Source: Candidatus Woesearchaeota archaeon
GTDB lineage: Archaea > Nanobdellota > Nanobdellia > Pacearchaeales > GW2011-AR1
DNA length: 64,000 nt
Reading direction: 5' to 3'
Assembly: GCA_964428325.1 (NCBI GenBank)
Contig: CAYRXU010000001.1
Span: 42,842-106,841, forward strand
Below are positions 22,676-31,515 of the stretch, piece after piece (position 1 is the first letter of the stretch; each line of letters begins with the position of its first letter). The notes under the pieces are model-generated. The model saw only the letters and a program-made list of their open reading frames with translations, was not told the DNA's origin and made no database searches. The position numbers were made by a program, and so were the translations under genes.

Positions 22676-22972
22676 CGCGAGACAGTTTGTTTGATATCTA
22701 CTAGGTGCGTGGTTGACTGAGTGGAACGAGTATCTAGTACGAGAGGAACGATACTCGGTGGCCTCTGGTGGGCGGTTGTTATTATAGCAGGCCGCGCAGC
22801 TACGCCATGTATCGATAAGTGCTGAAAGCATCTAAGCACGAAGCGATCCGCAAGACGAGTCAACAAAGGCCGTGATAAAAGATCACGTTGATAGAGTTGG
22901 TGTGTAATCTCCAAGAACCCGAGGAGTTTAGCATGCAACTACTAAAAGCCTCACTTTATTACCTATAATATT

Positions 22973-22989
22973 TTGCCTGCGTACGCGCG
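22973..22989. repeat. 23S processing-stem inverted repeat (downstream arm)
   Basis: TTGCCTGCGTACGCGCG, a perfect 17 bp complement of 19470–19486. Confidence 0.7.
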
Positions 22990-23334
22990 TTGTTTGATTA
23001 TATTTCTAAAACTATGAGAAAACAATCAAATCAAAAAGATTCTCGTATTCCAGAAGATGGTCGTTATGTACATGGGATTGTTCGTGTTACTATTTCTGGA
23101 TTGCCTGCGTATGGAGATAATAACTCTCTGATTTATGAGTGGAGGCTTCAACATGGTTTGAGGGAAGAAAAAGGTAGGGCACAGCATTATGTTATTGGTC
23201 GCGGATGTGTTGATACAGAAGATGTGCGTGAGCAAGTTGCAGCTTCTGTGATAAGGGTGTGCTGTAAAGAATATCTAGGAATAGACTGCGCGTGGAAAAA
23301 GCCGCGCAAGTACGTGTCTATTACAAAGATGTAA
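22990..23334 (+). CDS. Hypothetical protein
   Basis: 114 aa ORF immediately after the rRNA processing stem, with no recognisable domain. Confidence 0.3.
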   Translation: MFDYISKTMRKQSNQKDSRIPEDGRYVHGIVRVTISGLPAYGDNNSLIYEWRLQHGLREEKGRAQHYVIGRGCVDTEDVREQVAASVIRVCCKEYLGIDCAWKKPRKYVSITKM

Positions 23335-23377
23335 TTGTTGTATCTAATTAGTAGTTACAAATAGAAAGGTTTAAAAA

Positions 23378-23746
23378 GTGTGTTTTTACGTGTTTTGTAT
23401 GGAAAAGATAGAACATATCATATTCGATAAGAGTGAGAATAGTGAAACCGCTCTGAGAAACAATCCTGAAAGGAAGGTCGTACAACATCAGATGGACGGC
23501 GTTATCTATGCGTGTAAGGGAACTGCTCTAAGCAATCGAGATGGCGGGCTGCCAAGCGAGTGGCAAAATCTTGATGTCTGGAGAGTTGAAAGAGTTGGCG
23601 GACGCTTCAACAATACAGGCTTTGCTCAATATGTGACGGATCCTTGGGAATATTCTCAAGTCGGTGCAAGTCTCATGGAAAGAATTAGATATACTCTCAA
23701 GCAAAAGAGGCTAGATGCTAAAAAAAGAGCGGCACCGAATAACTAA
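23378..23746 (+). CDS. Hypothetical protein
   Basis: 122 aa ORF with no recognisable domain. Confidence 0.3.
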   Translation: MCFYVFCMEKIEHIIFDKSENSETALRNNPERKVVQHQMDGVIYACKGTALSNRDGGLPSEWQNLDVWRVERVGGRFNNTGFAQYVTDPWEYSQVGASLMERIRYTLKQKRLDAKKRAAPNN

Positions 23747-23774
23747 TACTACTTAGCTTTAAATACCGTCAATT

Positions 23775-24041
23775 TTGAATTATAGTATGACATATCACCC
23801 AACGAGAATAGATCACCCTGAATTGTGGAGATTGTTCCAGTATGACGGTCGAGACTATGCAGCGTTGCCAGGAGATTTGACTATTCTTGAAGTTGCTGAG
23901 GGTTCAGTTAGACGAGTGAAGGGAGTAGACCAATTCAATCTTAATGTAAAGGGTTGTATTGGAGCAAGAGAAGTGACACATGACCCGACAATTAGAAGAA
24001 GCTTATCTCAGATTATTTCTCGGCTCGACTCTTCCCTATAA
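23775..24041 (+). CDS. Hypothetical protein
   Basis: 88 aa ORF. It shares a weak GR.YAALPGDLTIL-like motif with the 26864 ORF. Confidence 0.3.
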   Translation: MNYSMTYHPTRIDHPELWRLFQYDGRDYAALPGDLTILEVAEGSVRRVKGVDQFNLNVKGCIGAREVTHDPTIRRSLSQIISRLDSSL

Positions 24042-24411
24042 AGAAGAATATTACTAGATAAATTGCAGTTCCAAGAGCGCCAATTGTTGCAAATGATAGC
24101 GTGTAGGGTCCGGAATAGCGTGCGAATAATGCGCTTATGATTGCGATGATTCCAAGTACGCCTATACCTAGTCCGAGATAAGGGTTTGAGAGCACTAGAT
24201 CTCTATTCCAGCTGAAGATAAGTGCAAGAAGCCAAGAGAGCCCAATTGAGAAAATGATTTCCATAGCCCCGAATTCTGCGTTGGTTTCTTGTGCAAGCAT
24301 CACAAAGAAGATTATTGTGATTGTAAGATAGAACGCAAATAGAACCCAGCTATGCCATGGAGGGAGAATATGCGGATTGTTTTTTACTTGTTGCACATCA
24401 CTCTTTTTCAT
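24013..24411 (-). CDS. Hypothetical 4-TM membrane protein
   Basis: 132 aa with four hydrophobic helices. Confidence 0.4.
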   Translation of the reverse strand: MKKSDVQQVKNNPHILPPWHSWVLFAFYLTITIIFFVMLAQETNAEFGAMEIIFSIGLSWLLALIFSWNRDLVLSNPYLGLGIGVLGIIAIISALFARYSGPYTLSFATIGALGTAIYLVIFFFIGKSRAEK

Positions 24412-24454
24412 GTCGAAATATAGAATGATAATTTAAATAGTTGCCTGCGTACAA

Positions 24455-26389
24455 ATGAGAATGGAATTTCCACGTGATAAGCTAACTATTGTTCTATGTT
24501 TACTAGCGTTTGCTATTTTGATTAGCTTTTTTGCTTTTGGAGCATATTATGCGTACTCTGATTTGAACATGTTGGAAGAAACTGGGCAGTTACCTGTGAC
24601 AGTTCCGACAAATGAGCCTATTACAAATAGCACTCCACTTGGAGGCAATCCTCCTGCTGCTCCAAACGGAACTATCTCCCGAGGTGGAGGTGGAGGCGGC
24701 GGTGGAGGAGGCGGAGGAGGATCTGGCCCTGCACCTGAGCCAACTACACCTCAATGTAGCGACGGTGTGGACAATGATAATGATGGGTACGTTGACTATC
24801 CTGCAGATCGAGCATGTAATGATGCAAATGACAATAATGAATCCCCGACTTTAGTTTGTACCGCTCAAGATTTGAGCGAAGTTAGTTTGAATCTTAATGG
24901 AGAATACATACAAACATGCGACATAGATTTAAGCAATTACAGTAGTTGGACACCTATCGGAGGATATAGCAGTAATCCCGCTTCGCTTGTTCCATTTACC
25001 GGAAGTTATGACGGTGCGGGACATACAATATACAATTTCACATACTACAACTTAGATAGCCCTGATATTGCCGTAGGATTGTTCGGGGAAGTCAGTAATG
25101 ATGGTTTTGTAAGTAATATTAACTTGGTTAATTTCAACATAACCGTAATTCAGAATAGCACTTCTCAAGCAGGTGTTTTCACAGGTTCAGTCTTTGGCTT
25201 CTATGATGGACGAGGTGAACATAAGGTTATTGAAAACATAAGCGTTCAAGGGAGTATCCGCCTAAGGGCTCCAAATGGTTTCCTTGGAGGAATTGTTGGT
25301 GATGCAAGATATGCCAATCTATCAAATCTACACTCAAATGTGACTATCTATCGAGAGTTCACAGATAAAGTTCTGGCTGGAGCAACATCATCTTATGTTG
25401 GAGGAATAGCAGGTATGTCTACATCGGTTAGGAATTCTAGTGCTGTAGGGACCATCCAATCGTATAACTTAGTGGTCAATAACGAAACCCCTGTGCGCTC
25501 AGCTGCGGGATTGGCAGCATATGTATCAGGAGATATAGAAAATTCTTATGCTGAAATGAATATAACTTTTGATAGCTCTACTCTTGGAGGACTTGGCGGT
25601 TTAGCGGATACAGTTATAGGCGACATACTCCGTTCTGGATTCAGAGGCACCTTGAACGGAAATAATTCAATAGGTGGAGTGGCCGTGATAGCATATGGAA
25701 ATGTTACTGAATCATTTGCAAGAGGAACCATAACGGGTCATTGGGCCATTGGGGGTCTCATTAGCGTTTATAGCCCAGAAGGCGGGGCGCAGATGACCGA
25801 TTCTTATGCAAGAGTGGATATATATGCAACAGGCCAAAATGTGGGAGGTCTCGTTTATAGAACTTCGAATGAAGGTATCTCCATTGATCGAAGTTACGCT
25901 TCCGGAAATATAACTGCGCAATCTCCTAAAGGGGGCCTTATAGGTTATTTCTCATCGCCTCCGAGTTCTGCAGTTGTGAATAATTCGTACTGGGACGTTA
26001 ATGTAAGCGGCCTCAATACAAGCATAGGAGGAGGATCTGGAAATACGACTGAGCAAATGTTTAATCAAAGCATTTATGTTGGGTGGGACTTTACAAATGT
26101 TTGGGAAATGAATCCTAACGGACCTGATTATCCACACTTGCTATGGGAGCAGGGCGTATGTGGGCCATTGCGATGTTCGCCATTTACCAGCATTACAGAG
26201 TTGAGAGAATCGCGATTGTTCAGTAGAACGGCAGGCATCGTTCTAGGGCTGCATATTCTTCTCTTTGTCTTGATTATTGTGTCTCTTCTTGTACATATAC
26301 GTCATGAGAAGCGAGATGCTCTTCTTGAGTTGCGCCAGGCGTTCCCTGAGATGCAAGAGCAGACTGATCCTTATTTGGGCGGACAGTAA
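24455..26389 (+). CDS. Large surface protein with N-terminal anchor, poly-Gly linker, GLUG-like repeats and C-terminal TM anchor
   Basis: N-terminal TM, a G13 run, and repeated GG(I/L)(A/V)G...N(S/T)YA.G motifs resembling GLUG repeats. C-terminal hydrophobic segment IVLGLHILLFVLIIVSLLV followed by a basic tail. Confidence 0.5.
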   Translation: MRMEFPRDKLTIVLCLLAFAILISFFAFGAYYAYSDLNMLEETGQLPVTVPTNEPITNSTPLGGNPPAAPNGTISRGGGGGGGGGGGGGSGPAPEPTTPQCSDGVDNDNDGYVDYPADRACNDANDNNESPTLVCTAQDLSEVSLNLNGEYIQTCDIDLSNYSSWTPIGGYSSNPASLVPFTGSYDGAGHTIYNFTYYNLDSPDIAVGLFGEVSNDGFVSNINLVNFNITVIQNSTSQAGVFTGSVFGFYDGRGEHKVIENISVQGSIRLRAPNGFLGGIVGDARYANLSNLHSNVTIYREFTDKVLAGATSSYVGGIAGMSTSVRNSSAVGTIQSYNLVVNNETPVRSAAGLAAYVSGDIENSYAEMNITFDSSTLGGLGGLADTVIGDILRSGFRGTLNGNNSIGGVAVIAYGNVTESFARGTITGHWAIGGLISVYSPEGGAQMTDSYARVDIYATGQNVGGLVYRTSNEGISIDRSYASGNITAQSPKGGLIGYFSSPPSSAVVNNSYWDVNVSGLNTSIGGGSGNTTEQMFNQSIYVGWDFTNVWEMNPNGPDYPHLLWEQGVCGPLRCSPFTSITELRESRLFSRTAGIVLGLHILLFVLIIVSLLVHIRHEKRDALLELRQAFPEMQEQTDPYLGGQ

Positions 26390-26420
26390 GTTTAAAAAGC
26401 GTCAAAAAGCTCTTTCTTAT

Positions 26421-26801
26421 GTGAGTCGGACAGCTGACTCCGGGAGTGCACTTGAATGTGCGAAGACTGATAATGAGTTTTCTCCTGAGGAAGGTCCGGA
26501 CATCTCTCTATGCAAATAGAGAACAACACGATCCGCTGAAAGGCGGCTACGTGCGAGCGTAAGCAACGTAACAGAAACGACACAGCCTCAATTGAGCTAT
26601 GAACCGTGAGGGAAGCTTTGAGATTGAGGATTTGATGAAACGTCGAGAATGATAATTCTCGGGGTGATCAAGAACGAAAGTTCTTGACACGGACGCCTTC
26701 GTGGATGCAACCACTTTAACCGTGGGCGCAGTCAGATGTCAGCACGCACAGTTTGCGCGTTATGGCGCGATGTTCGACAGAATCTGGCCTACGTCCGACT
26801 C
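26421..26801 (+). ncRNA. rnpB: Candidate RNase P RNA (rnpB)
   Basis: An 11 bp terminal helix, GTGAGTCGGAC (26421–26431) pairing with GTCCGACTCAC (26789–26799). Also a GAGGAAGGTCCGGAC (P4 5', CR-I-like) sequence, AACAGAAACGAC (CR-III-like) and GACAGAATCTGGCCTAC (P4 3', CR-V-like). The region is GC-rich relative to its surroundings, and TTTAAAAA lies about 25 nt upstream. Confidence 0.55.
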
Positions 26802-26863
26802 ACATCCTTAATTGTTTAGTTTATCATATGAATACTTATTAAGGAAGAGAGTATTGTTATTGG

Positions 26864-27346
26864 ATGGTTAAGTTTGACTTTCAAAACCTCCCATCTTCTG
26901 TTTTTTCTAGATTGCGCAATGATTATGGTTCAAGTAACAAAGTAATAGAACTAATAAATCGTGGTGATATTGAATATCGCGAGGGCGAGACTAGACAAGA
27001 GGTGCGTATGTGGGGAGGAAGACTTGCTTTTGCCTTGGCTCCAGGGCAGCTTATAAGCTGTTATAGATCCGATTTACTCGATGTTGAACGGCCAACGTAT
27101 CAACGCCTTGCCGAACTTCTGTCTCTAGGAGAAAGTCATGCTAATGGTAGGCACTTGAATCATTTAAGAAGAGGATTTATAGTTGAATATGATGATAGGT
27201 CAAGACAAGAAATAGAGCGGATTGCAGGTCTACCGATATCTCGGAGCGTTCGAGTTCGCCATGAGATAGGAAAGATTGTAGACCATAGCACAATGTTTGA
27301 AGCGATTTGGAAAGTTGCCGTTAAACCCCTAATATCTATCTCTTAA
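26864..27346 (+). CDS. Hypothetical protein
   Basis: 160 aa with no recognisable domain. Confidence 0.35.
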   Translation: MVKFDFQNLPSSVFSRLRNDYGSSNKVIELINRGDIEYREGETRQEVRMWGGRLAFALAPGQLISCYRSDLLDVERPTYQRLAELLSLGESHANGRHLNHLRRGFIVEYDDRSRQEIERIAGLPISRSVRVRHEIGKIVDHSTMFEAIWKVAVKPLISIS

Positions 27347-27392
27347 CGGTTTACTAAACCTTTAAAAGCTGTTTTTTACTGTGTTTTCATAT

Positions 27393-27464
27393 GGGAGTGT
27401 AGCTCAGTGGGAGAGCGTTCGACTGAAGCTCGATAGGTCGGGGGTTCGATTCCCTCCACTCCCA
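27393..27464 (+). tRNA. tRNA-Phe(GAA)
   Basis: Acceptor GGGAGTG/CACTCCC, D-arm GCTC-AGTGGGA-GAGC, anticodon loop CTGAAGC, T-arm TCGGGGGTTCGATTCCCTC. Confidence 0.8.
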
Positions 27465-27495
27465 TTTCTGGCGACGTTACGTATTTATAGCAAGT

Positions 27496-28782
27496 TTGGC
27501 TCGAGAGATAATGAATTGGCCTTATCTTGCTGTTGGTGCTCTTGCTGGAGTTATATTGATTATTTTTGCTTCGTATGTGACTATTACAGGCTTTACGGTG
27601 AATGAAGAGTTTTTTAGTGCTCAGCTTGGTGCTGCTTACACCGAACAAGTTGGAGTTGGGCTTGCTGATGGCGAAGAGCACGATTTTGTCCCTACGATAA
27701 GCTGTTATGAAGAAGGATGTGGCATTATCTCGCTGAAGATATCGGGAGAGATTCATGCCAATCGTTCAGGGACAGTGCGCGTGTATGTTGATGATGACAA
27801 GGAGAGATACCTTGTTCTGGAAGAAAGTATTCTTCTTGGGTCGCATGACATCACTGAGAGTGTAATGAGTGAGGAAAATGTAAGCTTCTTCAACGAGACA
27901 ACGAATGAGACTGAAGTGCAGACGTTCTATACGACGCACGAAAATACTTACAGCATAGAGGAACCGGGCACGTCATCTTTTAAGCACGTTTGTGATGAGA
28001 GTTGCGAGTTCTTTCTTGCGAGCCGCGTGATGTACTCCCTAAGTGTTGAAGCACCTGAAGACGTAGATATTGAGATCAAAGATGTGACTTACGTATGGGA
28101 AATTCCTGGTCGCGAGATTGTTGAGATTGAGGTATTGAATGATAGTGATGTGAATATGACAACCCCGGAGCTGAAGAATGAGACTAACATGACACTTTCT
28201 CCTCCGATTGTATCCGGAATTACAGGATTTGCATCTGTTGATTTTAGTGCTAGAGAGAATGTAAGCAACCTGCCTGCGAACTGGTTCGTAAAATCAGAGC
28301 CTAGTTTAGATGATGTTGACTCTGCTAATTGGGAATGGGAGCCATATTCTGATTTAGAAAGTGGGATAAATATCCCTCTTGGTGTGATGAAGAGGCCTCA
28401 AGAAGAATACGCAAGCGTTGAAGTTAGATTATACTCTAGGACAGTTGAAATTCAAGAAAACGCTTCTCTTGAGATTGAGTTCGTATATGATATAGATGCT
28501 AGGGACGAATGTGCGCAACTAACCTTTGAGACCTATGGAAATAATAGTCTCCCGGAGACAAGTTACATGATTACCCTATCTGGAAAAAGAATAGATTCCG
28601 AGCAAGACTTTAGTCTAAATTACACCTTCTCGGATAGAAAGACGACCCTCAGGGCTCGTACAATAGCTCAAGTTAAAGGAAAAATTGGACAATTTTCCTT
28701 GACCCCATTGTGCTACGATGGGACGATAAATGTCCAGAATTTAACCTATATGTTTATAAATAATTTTGAGCACTACGAGTAA
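27496..28782 (+). CDS. Secreted or membrane-anchored acidic protein with many N-glycosylation sequons
   Basis: N-terminal signal/TM. The protein is acidic and N-x-S/T rich. Confidence 0.45.
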   Translation: MAREIMNWPYLAVGALAGVILIIFASYVTITGFTVNEEFFSAQLGAAYTEQVGVGLADGEEHDFVPTISCYEEGCGIISLKISGEIHANRSGTVRVYVDDDKERYLVLEESILLGSHDITESVMSEENVSFFNETTNETEVQTFYTTHENTYSIEEPGTSSFKHVCDESCEFFLASRVMYSLSVEAPEDVDIEIKDVTYVWEIPGREIVEIEVLNDSDVNMTTPELKNETNMTLSPPIVSGITGFASVDFSARENVSNLPANWFVKSEPSLDDVDSANWEWEPYSDLESGINIPLGVMKRPQEEYASVEVRLYSRTVEIQENASLEIEFVYDIDARDECAQLTFETYGNNSLPETSYMITLSGKRIDSEQDFSLNYTFSDRKTTLRARTIAQVKGKIGQFSLTPLCYDGTINVQNLTYMFINNFEHYE

Positions 28783-28783
28783 T

Positions 28784-30400
28784 ATGAAGAGAGGGGAGAT
28801 AATTATAATTTTATTGATCTGCGCGATATTTATCTCTCCGATATGCTCTGCTAGAGTTGTCCCTTATTCTGAAATAAAAACTGTTGAATTCTTTGTCGGG
28901 CAGGATACGACGCAATCTGCAAATACTACTTCTCGTGGATATGGTCTATCTTTTTATTTGCCAGAGACTGATGTCGCCAAGAGATATGCATGGTTTGAGA
29001 TGACTAATATATTGACTGCTGTTGTGGACAATGTTGTTGACGTTAACCTTAGCCAAGTTGCTGGCGACTCTTATTCTATAGACAGCGCAGGGGAGACTCA
29101 AGAGAGCCTGATAAGATATGCCTTTCAGCCGCAGGTAAATCCTGGAATAAATGGACCCTATACCCTATATTCTAAGACCTCAATTGGAGGACCATTATCT
29201 GCGGAGTCTGCTAAATTATTGTTGACTTACGAGTACGACTCTACTTCCCCAAGACAGTTAAAAACAGTTAAGTACCTAGTGGGGCAAGATAATTTAAGTC
29301 GGGCTTCTGCGGCAACCTTGTCTCTTCCATTCTCTATTTTTCTTCCTGAAACTGGAATAGTTGTCAGATCTGCCTTTGTTGAGGTAACTGGAGTAAGCAG
29401 AGGTAATGCTGACCAGTCTATCTTTGTAAATACGACTGCTGGCGTTTCCTTGACTGCTTCGATCGATAGTAGCGCAGCTACACAAGCCTATACCTTGTTA
29501 TACAACGCAACAGAATTGTATTCAATCAATTCTCCAGGAACATATTCTAAAACCTTAAATGTGCAAGCAACTGGAGGCAGCCAGACTTTGGTTGGAGCGG
29601 TAGCGACAATAACTTATGAATATGATTCTAACTCAACAAACCAGTTGAGAACAGTAAGATATAACGCCATGGAGCTTAACAACAGTTACGCGACAAATAC
29701 TCTAGTTAGTCAAGATTTTAGTTTTGAGGTTGCCGAGGATGCAATTCAAGTACAATCTGCATTTATCAAGTTTAATGCCTGGATAACTGCGACCGCGAGC
29801 ATTTTGGCAAATATAAGTAATGTAGGGCATAGGAACTCAACGGTAACCATCTTGACTGAAGGCACTCATTTTACGCATTATACAAACTTCACACAGGCTT
29901 ATGCGATAAATTCTGCAGGAGACTATGGGCCATATACGCTTAACTATCGTCTTATTGGTCCAACAACTACAGTTCCAATGGCGCAATTTTTCCTGACCTA
30001 TAACTATTCAACCAGTACACCTAAGAAGATGAAGACAGTAGAGTTTGGCCCATTCACTGATGATACACAGCGTGCAGCTAACATTGATTATGATAGGGCC
30101 ATATTTATGATTACTCCAGAATATAATGTTAGCATGAGATCAGTTTACATGGAATCAAGTGCTGTAGCTTCATCTACTGGAGCGACACATACGCTTTTTG
30201 CCGGATTTGGTGATGATCCTAGAAGATTTACTAAATCAACAACAGGGGAAACTTCAATGAGCTACTTGATAAGAAACGCAACAGATACTCTGTACGATGC
30301 AAGTACAGGCACTAATGGCGCATTCCAATTATTCAGACAGGACAGCGGTATTTCTTCTGTTACTAGCGGGAAGGTGATTGCTACCTATTTTTTTCAGTAA
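28784..30400 (+). CDS. Secreted protein with four tandem ~130 aa repeats
   Basis: Signal peptide MKRGEIIIILLICAIFISPICSA. The repeat unit recurs four times: TV(E/K/R)(F/Y)..GQD...FLPET....AF.E....YTL....L.YEYDS.S..QLKTV. Confidence 0.5.
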   Translation: MKRGEIIIILLICAIFISPICSARVVPYSEIKTVEFFVGQDTTQSANTTSRGYGLSFYLPETDVAKRYAWFEMTNILTAVVDNVVDVNLSQVAGDSYSIDSAGETQESLIRYAFQPQVNPGINGPYTLYSKTSIGGPLSAESAKLLLTYEYDSTSPRQLKTVKYLVGQDNLSRASAATLSLPFSIFLPETGIVVRSAFVEVTGVSRGNADQSIFVNTTAGVSLTASIDSSAATQAYTLLYNATELYSINSPGTYSKTLNVQATGGSQTLVGAVATITYEYDSNSTNQLRTVRYNAMELNNSYATNTLVSQDFSFEVAEDAIQVQSAFIKFNAWITATASILANISNVGHRNSTVTILTEGTHFTHYTNFTQAYAINSAGDYGPYTLNYRLIGPTTTVPMAQFFLTYNYSTSTPKKMKTVEFGPFTDDTQRAANIDYDRAIFMITPEYNVSMRSVYMESSAVASSTGATHTLFAGFGDDPRRFTKSTTGETSMSYLIRNATDTLYDASTGTNGAFQLFRQDSGISSVTSGKVIATYFFQ

Positions 30401-30555
30401 TTAGTGGACCTCAATGGGACAACCCTGCAAAAAATCAAAGCATAGTATCTCAGAATGACATCATAGCGTTTAATACCAGCTGGAGTAGCAGTTACAATCT
30501 GCAAAGATATATTTTCTCTATAAATCAGACAGGGCAATGGATAAATAGCGAACAA

Positions 30556-31491
30556 GTGCTATTCAGCGGCAAGAACAATGTATCAACTAATGTAACTAGA
30601 ATAACTGCCTCTCAAGGCACCACGGTGGAATGGAAATTTTACGCACAAGACATATATGGTACCTGGAATGTAACAGACATACAGACTTTTGTTGTTGGCG
30701 GAAATAGCGGCACCTTAAGCGCTATGCTAATATCCCCTACTGGATCTAACAACCAACCTGCTAACCAAACCTTCGTCCTACACGCTAACGTCACATGCTC
30801 AGGTTCCGGAGGAGCTAGCTGCGGTAGCGTCAATGGGACATTGCTCTATAACGCAACTTCAGCCAATCCTTCAAATAATATAACTGGAGGAGGAAATTTC
30901 AACACTCCTTTCTACGCATTGCAGAATAACCCTCTTGCCTGTGGAAGCATGACTTCCTCAAGTGCTCCTTGTGCGCTGAACTGGACCATAAATACCACGG
31001 GAAATATAGGCAGCACATGGGGACTTGCTGTTAACTTTAGCTCGACCGATAGTGGCGTGAGTGCTTCACTTACGAATACGACCAATATAACTATTATTGA
31101 TGCCTCGCTAAGCATTACGATTTCAACTACTCTGCAGAATGTGAACTTTGGAAGTAACCTTAATCCTGGAAGCTACAATAATAGCGCAGTTAACAACTCG
31201 AATAATGTTTACAATATAACTTGCGGATATCTCGCAGGTAACTGTAACATCTCCATCAAGGCGAATGATGAGCTTGTTGCAGGCATAACTCGCATAGGGG
31301 CGACTAATGTAACTTGGAATCAAGCGAATACCATTATAGGGTCTAAAAGATTGTCTCTGGTTTACCAAGTTATCAATCTAACCCTTTCAAATTTGGCCAC
31401 CCAGCCCATCTACTTCTGGCTGGACATTCCGAATGGAACAGTTGCAGGAAATTATGTAGGTAACTTTACTATACAAGGACAACCGAATTAA
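30556..31491 (+). CDS. Secreted protein, paralog of the 31516 gene; the frame is open upstream to 30367 (possible frameshift fusion with upstream gene)
   Basis: GTG start given by the ORF track. Shares the FGSNLNPGSYN and C-terminal FWLDIPNGTVAGNYVGNFTIQ motifs with the next gene. Confidence 0.45.
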   Translation: MLFSGKNNVSTNVTRITASQGTTVEWKFYAQDIYGTWNVTDIQTFVVGGNSGTLSAMLISPTGSNNQPANQTFVLHANVTCSGSGGASCGSVNGTLLYNATSANPSNNITGGGNFNTPFYALQNNPLACGSMTSSSAPCALNWTINTTGNIGSTWGLAVNFSSTDSGVSASLTNTTNITIIDASLSITISTTLQNVNFGSNLNPGSYNNSAVNNSNNVYNITCGYLAGNCNISIKANDELVAGITRIGATNVTWNQANTIIGSKRLSLVYQVINLTLSNLATQPIYFWLDIPNGTVAGNYVGNFTIQGQPN

Positions 31492-31515
31492 ATTTATAAA
31501 GGAGCAAGCGATAAG

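Larger units (their letters stand above)
19530..22960 (+). rRNA. rrl: 23S rRNA (interrupted by two introns)
   Basis: 5' region GAAGGACGTGGCAAGCTGCGATAAGCC, sarcin-ricin loop AGTACGAGAGGAACG at about 22737, and the conserved GGATAACAGGCT region. The ends are approximate. Confidence 0.8.

Noticed and set aside
26277-26583. ORFs 26277..26519 (+) and 26392..26583 (-).
   Set aside because: They overlap the RNase P RNA candidate. The region has conserved structural-RNA motifs and closing helices rather than coding features.
26600-26720. TGATGA sequence and short hairpins (CGAGAAT...ATTCTCG; AAGAAC...GTTCTT), considered as a C/D box sRNA.
   Set aside because: No D box (CTGA) at the appropriate spacing. 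It is more parsimoniously internal helices of the RNase P RNA candidate.
27376-27756. Minus-strand 126 aa ORF and plus-strand 27381..27605 ORF overlapping the tRNA-Phe gene.
   Set aside because: They overlap a well-formed tRNA and the start of a signal-peptide protein; the translations are implausible.
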